A DNA stretch of 64,000 nucleotides, taken from assembly GCA_965205155.1 (NCBI GenBank), contig OZ242033.1, positions 2,036,590 through 2,100,589 on the forward strand, written 5' to 3'. Of the stretch, positions 37,182 to 47,368 are shown piece by piece. The number at the start of each line of letters is the position of its first letter. Within the stretch, counting starts at the first letter, position 1. Both the position numbers and the translations under genes were made by a program. The notes under the pieces were generated by a model, which searched no databases, had not been told where the DNA came from, and saw only the letters and a list, made by a program, of their open reading frames with translations. This stretch comes from Candidatus Aldehydirespirator sp. GTDB taxonomy: Bacteria; Actinomycetota; Acidimicrobiia; Acidimicrobiales; Aldehydirespiratoraceae.

Positions 37182-37292
37182 CTGTCGGAACGCAGTCCGT
37201 TGCGCTATACGAGAAATCCGCTACAGAACCTCATTTGCGACCCTGCAAGATCGTTGCAGTCTCAACGATCTTGGGACTAACGCACCAACCCC
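37182..37292 (+). repeat. about 111-bp repeat with an internal 11-bp-stem hairpin (copy A)
   Basis: ctgtcggaac...caagatcgttg cagtct caacgatcttg ggactaacgcaccaacccc. Direct repeat of 39774-39885. Confidence 0.8.
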
Positions 37293-37301
37293 GGGCGGCA
37301 G

Positions 37302-37592
37302 CTACTGAGCCGTCGTGGTGGGCGTCGGCCTGGCCGTCGTGGTGGGCGTCGGGGCGTGGGTGTGGGGCTTGTTGTAGCAGTACGGCGTGTCGAGCCTCTG
37401 CCCCCAGAAGGTGGTTATGCACTCGCGCTGCGTGTCGGCGGCGGCGGGCGCTATGTCGAAGTCCAGGGCCGCTCCGGGGTCGGTGACCAGATCGTCGGGC
37501 GTGGGGAAACCGACTATGCCGTAGAGGACCACCGCGGCCACCACCGCGTACAGCGCCCATCGGCGGCGGGCATGGCGGCGGGTGTCGGTCAT
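37302..37592 (-). CDS. small N-terminally anchored membrane protein (96 aa), partner of the module B secreted protein
   Basis: TM AVVAAVVLYGIVGF, starts 16 nt after the stop of 37608-39740, PTPTTTARPTPTTTAQ tail. Confidence 0.6.
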   Translation of the reverse strand: MTDTRRHARRRWALYAVVAAVVLYGIVGFPTPDDLVTDPGAALDFDIAPAAADTQRECITTFWGQRLDTPYCYNKPHTHAPTPTTTARPTPTTTAQ

Positions 37593-37607
37593 CGCATCCT
37601 CACGCTC

Positions 37608-39740
37608 TCAGCAGTACAGGACCTTCGTGGCTTGGTCGTAGACGGCGGTGCGGGCGGTCTCTAACAGCGCCGCTTGGAAGCAGACCGCCCCATCAGGCGG
37701 CAGCCACAAGGCAACCCACTCGCCGTGGAACTGCGGGTACCTCTTGAGGTTCTCGGAGGTGCCGGCGCAGTGCATGGCCTTCATTTGGGCGATGTAGTCG
37801 GCCCGCGGCAGGCCGTAGCCCTCAGCGGCGGTGTCGGTGTCGCCGGGCCGGGCCGCTGCCGCGGCATCTATGACCGCCTCGCAGCGCAGCCGGAAGCCCG
37901 CCGTGCGCAACTCTGCGGGCAACAGTCGGCTGGCATGGGTCTCGCAGTTCGCCCATGAGTGCTCTCCCGCGTAGTACAAGCCGCGCTCGCTGTCACGGAA
38001 GAGTTCCGCCCGGTCCCTGGCCTTGCGCTCAGCGACCAGTCCCACATACTGCTCGGCGGCGCACTCCGCTGTGACGCCCAGATAGCGCACCGGGTTCCCG
38101 AAGTCGTTGATGAGGAGGGTGCAGAAGTGGACGGTCATCCACTCGCCGCCGCCCGGCGACGTCCAACCCGGCGGGGGCCCCGACAGCGCGTCGCGGTAGC
38201 AGCCGTAGAGCGCCGCCACCAGCGGCGGTTCGTTGGGCGGCAGGATGTAGTTGTCTTCCACAAGCGACGTGTCGTGACCCTCGGCGCGCAGCGCCTTCTC
38301 GTTTCCGCCCTCCAGCAGCCGGGGCCAGCAGCCCACCAGCAGCGCCGGACCGTTGGCGTCGGGGTAGCTCTCCCATATGGCGTCGGCGGTGGCGTACTCG
38401 CAGGGGTACTGGCCCTCCAACATGCGTTCGGCCTCGGCCGCGGTGATCTGATCCCACCACGCCTTGATCCGCTCACAGGAGTCGCTGCCGCCCTGCACCA
38501 CCGGCTCGTAGTGCCCGGCTGCTGTCGTGCCGACTAGAGCCGACACCCGCGTGGCGCCGTACCAGTCGACCTCGCTGGCGCACTGCTCCAGCGGCTCACC
38601 GACCAGCCACGCCGCAGGCTCCGGCTCAGGAGGCTCGGTCGTGGCCGTGTCGGGCTGCTCGTGCCAGCAGTCCAGCACTTCATCTATGTACTGGCAGATG
38701 TAATCCTCGGGGTAGGGGAAGCCGTCCTGGTCCCCCTCGGGCCACAGCTCAGCCGCCGCAACAGGCTCAAGACGCGCCCTGTCCCACGGACCGGGCCCCT
38801 CCACCGAAACCGGCGCAGTGGTGGTCGTGACGGGCTCGGGCTCAGGCTCGGGTTCCGGCTCAGGTTGTGGTTCAGGCTCGGGCTCGGGCTCCGGCTCGGG
38901 CGTGGCCTCAGGCTCGGGGTCTGGTTCCGGTTCCGGTTCGGGTTCGGGCGGTGCCGTGGTAGTGGTCGTGGTGGTCGGCCCGGGCTCGGTCGGTGCCGGT
39001 GTGGGCTCGACAGTGACCACAGCGGCGGCGGACTGGACGCGCTCGTGGTCGCTGGCGACCCACACGAAGTCTCCCGCAGCGACGGCGTCGCGTGTCACGA
39101 CGAAGAAGCCGCCGCTGTTGACCTCCGCGGCCTCGAGTGAGTCGAGATCGCAGTCGGAGACATCAACCAAGGCTGTGGCGGCGTTCAACTCGTCTTCTGT
39201 GGCGTCCTCGGGCAGGCCTTCCGCCAGATCGCACAGCATCGTGAAGATCGCAAGGCTCGGATCGAACCCCGACCCGAAGAGAGTGAAAGTGGTGAGACCC
39301 TCCGACACCGTGACCGGGTCAACGACCAGGTGCGGAGCAGCAACTGCGTCTGACGGCGCCGTGCTCGGGACCAGATCAGACTCGACCGCTGCATCAACGA
39401 CGGCATCCGCTTGGCCGGTCCCTTCAGCGACGGCTGGGTCGGGCAGTCCGCGGGGCCGAGGCAGGCACCTAGTGTCGGTCATCTCATAGACCAGCCCGTC
39501 GCGTCGGAAGAACCCGCCGCCGAGGTCCTCGGCTGCGGGGTCGTCGCAGGCGCTGAGCTCTTCGGCGGGAGCGGTGGTCGAGGACGGCTGATCGTGCCCG
39601 ATGGATGTGGTGGCTGCTTCCGTGACAGAGGGCGCGGCGGGCTGGGGAACGGTCGGTTCCTCCGAGGCGCAGGCTGCGGCCACTGCGGCCGCGGCGACGA
39701 GGGCTATGCCGATCTTTCGGATACTGGCTGAGCGAAGCAT
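37608..39740 (-). CDS. large lipoprotein (module B) combining the N-terminal domain of 34657-35694 and the C-terminal domain of 35688-36938
   Basis: GAGGAG SD, lipobox [30 protein letters not shown], (PE)n linker, C-terminal [19 protein letters not shown]...[21 protein letters not shown]...KVLYC. Confidence 0.75.
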   Translation of the reverse strand: MLRSASIRKIGIALVAAAAVAAACASEEPTVPQPAAPSVTEAATTSIGHDQPSSTTAPAEELSACDDPAAEDLGGGFFRRDGLVYEMTDTRCLPRPRGLPDPAVAEGTGQADAVVDAAVESDLVPSTAPSDAVAAPHLVVDPVTVSEGLTTFTLFGSGFDPSLAIFTMLCDLAEGLPEDATEDELNAATALVDVSDCDLDSLEAAEVNSGGFFVVTRDAVAAGDFVWVASDHERVQSAAAVVTVEPTPAPTEPGPTTTTTTTAPPEPEPEPEPDPEPEATPEPEPEPEPEPQPEPEPEPEPEPVTTTTAPVSVEGPGPWDRARLEPVAAAELWPEGDQDGFPYPEDYICQYIDEVLDCWHEQPDTATTEPPEPEPAAWLVGEPLEQCASEVDWYGATRVSALVGTTAAGHYEPVVQGGSDSCERIKAWWDQITAAEAERMLEGQYPCEYATADAIWESYPDANGPALLVGCWPRLLEGGNEKALRAEGHDTSLVEDNYILPPNEPPLVAALYGCYRDALSGPPPGWTSPGGGEWMTVHFCTLLINDFGNPVRYLGVTAECAAEQYVGLVAERKARDRAELFRDSERGLYYAGEHSWANCETHASRLLPAELRTAGFRLRCEAVIDAAAAARPGDTDTAAEGYGLPRADYIAQMKAMHCAGTSENLKRYPQFHGEWVALWLPPDGAVCFQAALLETARTAVYDQATKVLYC

Positions 39741-39773
39741 GGCAACTCCTCTGCAACTGGGTGGCGCAAACGC

Positions 39774-39885
39774 TCTGTCGGAACCCAAATCCGTTTCGCC
39801 ATACGGGAAATCCGTTTCAGGCCTCCATCAGCGACCCTTCAAGATCGTTGAGATTTCAACGATCTCGGGACTCACGCACCAGCCC
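39774..39885 (+). repeat. about 112-bp repeat with an internal hairpin (copy B)
   Basis: ctgtcggaac...agatcgttga gatt tcaacgatct...cgcaccagcccc, between the divergent starts at 39740 and 40079. Confidence 0.8.
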
Positions 39886-40078
39886 CCGCATCCGATCATC
39901 CCAACCAGCCTCGGCCCAATTCGCTGACGTCCCCTCTCAGGTCCCGGCAGCCAGCGTAATGACCTTCTCGGCTCGCATGCCGCTGACGACTCGACAGGCC
40001 GTGCGCGTCCCGACAGGGGCAAAACCCGTTTCGCACTCGGTCTACGGTTCTGCGACGCCCAACCGCCGAGGTGAGACA

Positions 40079-40735
40079 ATGGGAACCAGTCTTGACAACA
40101 CGGATGCTTGTGATGGCCTCGGTGAGGCCGCCGCGGTGCGTCCCATCGACGATACCGCGAACCGGGCGAGCGAGACCCACTTCTGGTTCGAGGCCGCCAG
40201 CCCGCTGGGAACCGTGTTCGTCACCCATTGCCGCGGGTGGGTGTCAGGAGTTCGCCTAGCGGCCACCCCCGACTGCCTGGAGGTTGACCGCAGTGACGCC
40301 GAGTGGGGCTTCTGGGATGCTGACACGTTCGTTCAGCTCATGCCCGGTGAGATCAAGGTTCGCTCCGTCGAGCCCGATCGAGGCCACGACCCAGCTTTCC
40401 AGGAACGCATACGAGGAGCCCTCATCGAGGGACGCACCGACATACCAATAGACCTCATGTGGCTCAAGACGGCTCCGAAGCACCGCATGGCGTTGCAAGC
40501 CGTTACCAGAATCCCTCGCGGCGCAACGCTTACTTACGAAGCAATCGCCAACATCTGTGAGTCTAGGGGCGGCCGGTGGGTGGGCAGAGCCATGAAGCGC
40601 AACCCGGTGCCGCTGTTGATCCCCTGTCATCGCGTCATCCATCAACAGGGCGAAGACGACAGGTGGGGCTACGGCAGAGGCCTCAAGAAGAAACTGCTGG
40701 CACATGAGCGCGAAGAGCGCGTAGCAACATGCTGA
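40079..40735 (+). CDS. methylated-DNA-protein-cysteine methyltransferase (MGMT/Ogt) family protein with an unrecognised N-terminal domain
   Basis: C-terminal TYEAIA...GRAMKRNPVPLLIPCHRVI (PCHRV active-site motif). Confidence 0.7.
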   Translation: MGTSLDNTDACDGLGEAAAVRPIDDTANRASETHFWFEAASPLGTVFVTHCRGWVSGVRLAATPDCLEVDRSDAEWGFWDADTFVQLMPGEIKVRSVEPDRGHDPAFQERIRGALIEGRTDIPIDLMWLKTAPKHRMALQAVTRIPRGATLTYEAIANICESRGGRWVGRAMKRNPVPLLIPCHRVIHQQGEDDRWGYGRGLKKKLLAHEREERVATC

Positions 40736-41207
40736 GCGACCCACCCCGTGGAGTGCTGCCGTGAGCCGACGCAGCAGCTACCGCTCCCGGGGTGTCGCAA
40801 GGCACCATGCAGCTCTTCTGGGCGGCGGTGCTTCTCGTGGTGATCGCTGTCTTGGTCTACTCCGGTTTGTGGACAGGCTTTCTCGGCTTGGATAGGCGAC
40901 ATGATCGTCTGTTGATCGGGTCACGGAAATTGACAATACGCAGCCGGAGTGACTGTCAGCGGGACACCGATGGTGGCGACCAGCTAGTACACGAGTCAGT
41001 ACGGCGTGTCATCGCCTTGTGCTGGCGACGGCCCCGGACTCGAACAGCCGCAGCACGATGTGGCGACTGTCGTCGGATGATCTGCCGGTTACCCACAACT
41101 CATCGAAGGGTGGAGCGTCTGATGGAGCGGCTTGCTGGTGATGTTGCCGACCTCGTCGCGGACAGGCTGAAGGGCGAGGAGGACACCTGACCGCCCAGAA
41201 GCGGCAT

Positions 41208-41711
41208 CTAGCCCCAGATGTTGTCGGATGGGTCGTCGCTAGCCCGTGGGAGCTTCGCCCTCTTGCGGAGCGCGGACGACAGCGATACGGCGTCACGCTG
41301 CAACTTGGAGCACCGCTTGCGTCGAAACACGAACGCTTCCTCGTGTTCGGGAGGGGTGACATGATCTCCTAGGTAACCCAACTCCTGGTCGGCTCTGATC
41401 GTCGCGAGCGGCAGCGACAGGATTCGGTTGGCCAATTTCGGGTTGATGGATGTCCAATCCACCCCGGTAGGGAATTCGGGCCCGGTCGGCATCGGCACGC
41501 TGAAGTGCCGGGTGCCCGAAGCGTGCCGCTGTCCGTCGTCATCGATGGTTGCCTGGCAGTCAGCCGCGAACCGGTCCAAGACGGGACACACCAGCAGAGC
41601 CAGCGCACGGCGTCTCCGTCCCTTGGCGAGCCAGTGGGCCACCTCCTGAGCGAAGACAGTCAATACCGCACCGACGCCGACGCCGATGAGTCCGCTCATT
41701 AGTCCATTCAC
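41208..41711 (-). CDS. hypothetical N-terminally anchored membrane protein
   Basis: GGAG then GTG 41711 (or ATG 41699). TM MSGLIGVGVGAVLTVFAQEV. Confidence 0.45.
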   Translation of the reverse strand: MNGLMSGLIGVGVGAVLTVFAQEVAHWLAKGRRRRALALLVCPVLDRFAADCQATIDDDGQRHASGTRHFSVPMPTGPEFPTGVDWTSINPKLANRILSLPLATIRADQELGYLGDHVTPPEHEEAFVFRRKRCSKLQRDAVSLSSALRKRAKLPRASDDPSDNIWG

Positions 41712-41856
41712 AACGATTCGGGCTCCTTGCTGTGCGGGAGGGCGACGGCCAGCCACGCTACCGAGGAGCGCAACGCGGAAGGGCTCTACGCTGACGCGCA
41801 CCGCATGCGGCGAGACGACAGACCTCGGCTGCACAACCGGGCGCGGGTTAGGGGAG

Positions 41857-42174
41857 CTAGTGCGATGGTGCGACAGCAGCGCAACGGTGGCGGTCAGCCG
41901 GCAAGCACCTCAGCGCGGGCACGATCTTGTGCCGTGGGGCGTCACCTGTCTTGAGCAGGCGCAGCACGATGTGGCTTCTGTCTTGGAATGCTCTGCCGGT
42001 GATCCAGACCTCGTCGAAGTAGTCGAATGTGAGCCTGCCGAGCACTTGGTACGGACAGCGGTCCGATGCTTCTAGTTCCTGGCAGGCGGGACCGAAGTAG
42101 TCGTCTAGCTGCGCTGCGGCCGTGTTGTCGTCCAGCACCACGAACAGCCACTTCAGGCCGGGGGCGTTCTCCAT
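41857..42174 (-). CDS. hypothetical protein; a fragment copy of its 3' part lies at about 41009-41110
   Basis: FDEVWITGRAFQDRSHIVLRLLKTG versus FDELWVTGRSSDDSRHIVLRLFESG. Confidence 0.45.
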   Translation of the reverse strand: MENAPGLKWLFVVLDDNTAAAQLDDYFGPACQELEASDRCPYQVLGRLTFDYFDEVWITGRAFQDRSHIVLRLLKTGDAPRHKIVPALRCLPADRHRCAAVAPSH

Positions 42175-42252
42175 CTGCGCCTTGGTGGTCTTCTTGTCTA
42201 TGCGGCGATGGGAAGAGGCAGAACAGGATCATCGCCCGTCGCTCCCCGGAGG

Positions 42253-42483
42253 TCATGTGACAGCAGACCAGACGAGCAGGAACAACGCTGTCAGCACCAT
42301 GAGGAAGCTGGCGAGGGAGGCGAGGTAGGTGAGGTACCGGGTGCGGCGCAGGTCCTGCCATGCCTGCGCTTCCCGCTCCGATGCCCTCGCTTCCCGTTCC
42401 TCGGCTCGGGCGACGTCCTTCTCGAGGGACTGCTCGATGCGCTGCATCTGCCGCCAGAACTCGGTGTCGTCCTTTGGGTTCAT
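42253..42483 (-). CDS. small tail-anchored coiled-coil membrane protein
   Basis: Charged helix then C-terminal TM YLASLASFLMVLTALFLLVW. Confidence 0.45.
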   Translation of the reverse strand: MNPKDDTEFWRQMQRIEQSLEKDVARAEEREARASEREAQAWQDLRRTRYLTYLASLASFLMVLTALFLLVWSAVT

Positions 42484-42621
42484 CCAGTGCCTTTCGTCGG
42501 TCGGATATTAGAGGATCGGGCGTGCAACCGAACCGGGCCCCACGGGCCGCTTCCAGTTGTCTCCTGGCTTCATAGCCGCATCGCCTCATAGCCCCGGTCG
42601 CCGCATACACGCTGCTGTGCT

Positions 42622-42715
42622 GCGGGGTGGCCGCAACCAGGCCTGGGCTCGGCGCTCCAGTGCCTGAACGGCGAAACCTTCACATCCTGTAGGGAGCTTC
42701 TTCACATTGCACAGT
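42622..42715 (-). repeat. junction element V2 (inverted orientation)
   Basis: Reverse complement reads aatgtgaagaagctccctacaggatgtgaaggtttcgcc...cctggttgcggccacccc. Boxes 22 nt apart. Confidence 0.65.
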
Positions 42716-42798
42716 CAGCGTCAGCGTCCTGGCCTCAGTGGGGGCCACAGTCAAGCGTTGCATAGCCGCAGGTCTTCCCGACTCGGCGACCGCCGGTT

Positions 42799-43116
42799 TC
42801 AGGAGTCCAGCGCCGCGGCTGGCTGCATGCCTGCGGACAGGCGCTCGGTCTCGGCTGCGGCGGTCTCCTTGATGCGGGCCAGGGCCGCCATCGCCTTCGG
42901 GTTAGCCCGAAGCGTGCCCGGCACCACAGGACGCGCGCCCATGTATGCCTCGTCCTCGGGAGAGCATCTCGGGCCCTCGGCCACCAGTCGGCGCTTGAAT
43001 TCGTCGGACGCGCCCGGGCGCGTCAACTGCAGTAGGCGTGCCCGCTCCTGGAAGTAGCGCGCACGCCGCTGGTCAGGCGAGCGGCGGCACACGAACGACT
43101 CGATGGACAGCAGCAT
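42799..43116 (-). CDS. hypothetical protein
   Basis: 105-aa ORF, moderate coding look, no motif. Confidence 0.35.
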   Translation of the reverse strand: MLLSIESFVCRRSPDQRRARYFQERARLLQLTRPGASDEFKRRLVAEGPRCSPEDEAYMGARPVVPGTLRANPKAMAALARIKETAAAETERLSAGMQPAAALDS

Positions 43117-43499
43117 CCGCTCGTGCTGCTCAGGGGTCCGCTGTTGCGACAGGTAGCGCGGCCGCTTTGTATGACAGTCCCAGGGCCTTGCTCACGCGCC
43201 CGCGGACACGGACGTCCAGCCGCCGTGGCCGCCACAGCCGCCGATGCATGATCAGCGGCGGCGGCTCGCCTTCGATGTTTCGGACTAGGCGTCTCATGCC
43301 CTCTCTCCTAGCTCGCAGGCTAGTGCCCGGGCATAGGCCCGCACGAAGGTGTGACGCGGCAGCCGAGATGCCGGTGCAGGGGCCTTGTGCCGCCAGCCGC
43401 GTCTCGCAGGCGAATAGGTTGAGGCTTCCCTCCATGCCTCCGCAGGTGGCAGCGGGGACGCTTCTTCGTGCCGGGTATCTGCGGGAGGCACCGCGTCGG

Positions 43500-44678
43500 T
43501 CAGCGGCGGCGGACGTCCAGCAGCACCCTGTAGGTTCGCTTGAAGCGGGGGTCCTCCAGCGATCTCACGCCGAAGAGCACGATGGACCCCTCCGTGCCGC
43601 CGCGAACTATGCGACGCACGGCCGTGGAATCGGATTCGTCGCCGCTGGTTGGGACCGCCGTCCGCACTTCGCTGCCCGGCGTGAGAGCGTTCAGGGCGTC
43701 GTTCGACAGACTAGGTGTCCATCGCGCCCGCGGTCCGTATTCTCGCGTCCCGTGCGCGGAAACCTCGTAGCCGTCTGCTGCGGTCGCCGTCACAGTCAAT
43801 ATCTTCGACAAACCGGGAGATGGCAGCACCCCGTCGTACGAGATCAAGATGTTGTAGCGCAGGATGTCCGGGTCGAACGGAGGGTTCAGCCTGTCGCCGT
43901 CGAACATGAGTCCAGGCAGGTCCGACTCGAGGGGGCTTATGGAGATACTGATGCCGCTGAGGTGCGGTAGCGGGTCGGTGACGGTGAGCGTGACCTGCGG
44001 TTGGAGTATTGTGCCGTCCTGCCCGCGGCTGGCGAGGATGTATGAGAATGTGGTTTGGGCTGGACTAGTGACGTCGACCGTGAACTCCCCGCTGGGCAGG
44101 GAGAGGTCGATGCCGCTGCTGTTGATCCCCTCGAACCCCATTTCACGGAACTCAGAACCTGTGGTGCTGTAGCTCAGCGTCACCGTCTCGCCGAGGCGGA
44201 CACTTGTGGGCCCGAGGACCTCCAGCGTCGCTGTGTGGTCGCTGTCGCCCTGTTGCTCCGAGGCGGTGACGCTGCTGCCGGCTGATCCGGTGTCGGCGAC
44301 CGTCCCTTCCGGCACAGCGGCCGTGGTCGCTGGTGCGGCCGTGGGCTGAGCCTCCTGCGCCACTTCGGCCTCGCCGTCCTCCTGGGCGGCTGGGGCCACG
44401 TCGTCCTGCTGCGCCGCTTGGGCCTCGGCGTCTTGCTGCGCCGCTTGGGCCTCGGCGTCCACTTGGAGTTCCTGGGAGTCGTCGCCCTCTTGGGCCACGT
44501 CGCCATCTTGCGGCTCCTGGGTGGCCTGGGCGGCTTGAGCCTCCTCGACAGCCTGGACCTCGCCGCCCTCGTCGTCAGCGCCGCACGACACCATGGCCAT
44601 GGCCAGCACCGCAGCGGTGACCGCGAGCAGCAGCGGACGGGCTGCCATCCGCCTGGGGATAGTGGCGTGTCTGGGCAT
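43500..44678 (-). CDS. lipoprotein with an acidic AQ/E-rich linker and a cadherin-like beta-sandwich domain
   Basis: Lipobox AMAMVSCG (start ATG 44678 or 44648). LSGISISISPLESDLPGLMFDGDRLNPPFDPDILRYNILISYDG...LTVTATAADG pattern. Confidence 0.65.
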   Translation of the reverse strand: MPRHATIPRRMAARPLLLAVTAAVLAMAMVSCGADDEGGEVQAVEEAQAAQATQEPQDGDVAQEGDDSQELQVDAEAQAAQQDAEAQAAQQDDVAPAAQEDGEAEVAQEAQPTAAPATTAAVPEGTVADTGSAGSSVTASEQQGDSDHTATLEVLGPTSVRLGETVTLSYSTTGSEFREMGFEGINSSGIDLSLPSGEFTVDVTSPAQTTFSYILASRGQDGTILQPQVTLTVTDPLPHLSGISISISPLESDLPGLMFDGDRLNPPFDPDILRYNILISYDGVLPSPGLSKILTVTATAADGYEVSAHGTREYGPRARWTPSLSNDALNALTPGSEVRTAVPTSGDESDSTAVRRIVRGGTEGSIVLFGVRSLEDPRFKRTYRVLLDVRRR

Positions 44679-45364
44679 CGGGTCAACGAGATTACACCGT
44701 CGGGGCACCGTCATCTGGCTGCGCTGAGTGCGCTTGCTGCAACTGCGGCTCATGGAACGGGAAGGCGCCCGTCCGGGTCGTGGGCCGGATCGGACATCAC
44801 GCCCAGCGCCGACGTCGAGAGCCTCGGCTGGCAAGGCTCCCCTCGCGCCCGGCCGTGGCAGGGGCCACCAGGCGGTTGCCTGGCGGGTCGTGTCCATCTT
44901 CGGCAGTCGTCGGCGTGGCACGCTGGTAGCGCCATAGCTCATGGCGCCTCCTAGCAGCCTGAGTGCCCCGGCAGCCGACGCCGGGGCACTCACGCGTCCG
45001 GGTGGCTATGGGCGGCGTCGGACGCTGCTTGCTCCACGCTCTCTCGCTCACGACGATGCTCGGGCAAGCCGCCCTACATCAGAGCGCCCGCCTGCATCAA
45101 CAGCCGGGGCGCTCTGATGGTTCGGTTGTCGCTCGCCATGGGTGTGGCGGGCCTCCACACTCTACAGCCTCTCTGACCTGCGCTGTCGTGACGCTATGCG
45201 GTCCCCCATCGCCGACTCGCCGCCAGGCCCGCATCCGATTCAGCGTCTGACCGCGGCCCGACAGGCCCACAGGCTAGGAGACCGGCATGGCCGACCAGCA
45301 CGGGCAGGCGGAGCGCCGCTAAGCCACCGCCACCAAGCGCCGGATCAGGCCCATGGCCGTCTGC

Positions 45365-46510
45365 TCATGGTTCGCAGGACTCAGCGAGCGACAGCTGGAA
45401 CGCTCTCCACGCAGGCTCTTCCGGGATGAACTTGCTCGTGGCTTCCCATAGAGCTTCATGTCCGATTCGGCTAACGTACCCGGCCTCGACCCAACGATCG
45501 TGGTGGAACGACACAAAGCCAAGAGGGTCGAATCTGGGAATGGACTCACCTAGATTCTCCAGTTCGAGATACCGTTCGTAAGGTCGGAACTCCCCGCCAG
45601 ACTCCAGGAAGGCTCTCTGTAGGGCATGAGCGGTCACATACTCCATGTCAGCAGCAGCGAAGATGTCGGATACGGCCACTAGTTCCGCCTGGAGCCGCTC
45701 ATAGGCACCCCACGCTTCTCCTAGCTGTTGTGCATCTTGGATTGCGTGGTATGCGTCCACCGCCGCTGCTTTGGCTGCATCGCTCTCATGCTTCAATCTT
45801 GTCATCTCTGCGTGAATGAGGTCTATGGCGGCGCGCAATTCTTCCCACATGCGTGCATCCATCTCGGGCGAAACTGGCTCTCCGGGCAGGACTGGATGCG
45901 GTGTAGACAGTCTCATCGTTGGCGCATCGCTCATAGGCGCACTCATGGATGTGACCTCGATCATCTCGACAAGTTCCGGGGAGGCAACCTCTGCGAAGGC
46001 ATCCCGGGCCCGACTGATAGCTATCCGCGCCGTTTCCTCGTCCGCGTAGGGAGAGCCTTCTAGTGCATGTGGGGCAAGTGGCGCCATCGCTTCCCTTGCC
46101 GCCTGCACAAGGTCCAGCCGTGCGATGTCGTACTTCTCCTCAGCGGACTCGTAGTCGCTCAGCGCTTCGGCCTTGTCCAGTTCGTCTGTGGCGGCTTCGA
46201 AAAGGCTCTGAGCCTTGTAGTAGCGAAGCTCGGCCCTATGTGCCGCCATCCAACGGCCTGAGAACCCGCTCCAAGCCTGTTGGATGGTCGCGCACCAGAC
46301 GAACCGGTTGCCGAGGCGCACCGTCATCTGAGGCTCGGGTTCTGTGCCCGCGTCTGGGCGCTCGCTGGCATCTGTCGGCGACTCCTGCCCACCTGCATCC
46401 AAGGCGACTTCGGCCGCTTCGGGCTGCGCATCTTCCGCTGCGGGAGAGTCATCGCCTCCGCAAGCCGCGGCCAAGAGAACGACTGCAAGCAACACAGCGG
46501 CTAGGCGCAA
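45365..46510 (-). CDS. helical lipoprotein, function unknown
   Basis: In-frame TTG 46510 gives (M)RLAAVLLAVVLLAAACGG lipobox. The longer ORF-track N-terminus is Arg-rich noise. Confidence 0.6.
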   Translation of the reverse strand: MRLAAVLLAVVLLAAACGGDDSPAAEDAQPEAAEVALDAGGQESPTDASERPDAGTEPEPQMTVRLGNRFVWCATIQQAWSGFSGRWMAAHRAELRYYKAQSLFEAATDELDKAEALSDYESAEEKYDIARLDLVQAAREAMAPLAPHALEGSPYADEETARIAISRARDAFAEVASPELVEMIEVTSMSAPMSDAPTMRLSTPHPVLPGEPVSPEMDARMWEELRAAIDLIHAEMTRLKHESDAAKAAAVDAYHAIQDAQQLGEAWGAYERLQAELVAVSDIFAAADMEYVTAHALQRAFLESGGEFRPYERYLELENLGESIPRFDPLGFVSFHHDRWVEAGYVSRIGHEALWEATSKFIPEEPAWRAFQLSLAESCEP

Positions 46511-47156
46511 GATGCAGGCCTGGGCCGGTGTGGGGTGGGTGTCGCGCGAGTCGGCATTCAAGGCCGCTCCTCTCGTGTCGTAGCAAGCTGAAGTGTCCGA
46601 CCCATCCGCGGCTCGGCGCCGGAGCGCTGGTAGCGCTCGCAACGAGGCACTGGATGCAGGGCCTGGCCTGTGGCTGTTCTCGGCATAGGTGGCATCTCTG
46701 GAGCGGGTCTGGGCATGCTTGCCAGAGAACGCCTTGCAACAGGACCGGAGGGAGCCTCGACTGGGCCCACCGCGGCGGGCCCAGTCGCTCAACGGGATTG
46801 CCGGATACCGATGTTCTCGGACGGCGGGCACCGTAGCTGCGGCCGTCACAGTGGGCAAGCCCCGAGACTGCTTGCTGCAGCACGACCATGCCAGCAGGTG
46901 CAGCAGCCGCACGCGTCGGACCCCACCGCGCGAAGCCCATCGTCGATGGAATGGCGTCAGATGGGTTGGAGTGAGCTGTCCAGGTTGAGCAGAGCGTTGA
47001 GCTCGGGATCCACGATGTGCAGCGCGCCGTCGACATGGCGTTTGGAGGTTGGATACGAGCCGTGCGACGGTGTTGCCGCATGCCCCTTCGTGGACCTGAA
47101 CCCGCAGAAACTCCGACTGGGCTTCGACCCTCAAGCTCGCACCGACATGCAGGTCG

Positions 47157-47260
47157 ACCGCGTTCGCGAATCACCCGATTCGCGTTCGGGAATTCGCCAA
47201 ATCGCGTTCCGACTACGACTCGGCGCAAGCTGCTGACCTAGGGGTTCGTGATTTCGCGCC
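47157..47260 (+). repeat. partial junction element V3 (gttcgcga-type flank repeats plus tgacctagg box)
   Basis: gaccgcgttcgcgaatc...gattcgcgttcgggaattc...cgcaagctgctgacctagggg. Confidence 0.5.
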
Positions 47261-47368
47261 ACGCCCCACAGGCCGGGCAGAATCTCTGGACAGGTCCAGC
47301 AGCCGTCCCAAGGAATCCCAGCCCCAGTCCACAGGCAGGGCCCTCTGGCGTCACGCCCCGTCGATAGG

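Noticed and set aside
40792-41190. 132-aa plus-strand ORF
   Set aside because: Only the first 35 or so residues look like a TM helix. The rest is Arg/Cys-rich and overlaps, antisense, the fragment copy of the 41857-42174 gene.
42641-42662. 12-nt identity (cggcgctccagt) to the acceptor/CCA end of tRNA-Cys, next to inverted junction element V2
   Set aside because: Its orientation relative to the element is opposite to what an att core would require, and the surrounding bases do not match. I treated it as possible chance and did not use it as evidence.
43130-43435. Small basic ORF (MRRLVRNIEGEPPPLIMHRRLWRP...VSKALGLSYKAA) as a possible excisionase or HTH protein
   Set aside because: The HTH resemblance is too weak and the ORF boundaries are unclear. 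I could not support it.
44961-44991. 12-bp-stem GC hairpin (gagtgccccggc...gccggggcactc) as a terminator
   Set aside because: It lies about 370 nt downstream of the preceding stop and is not followed by a U tract on either strand.
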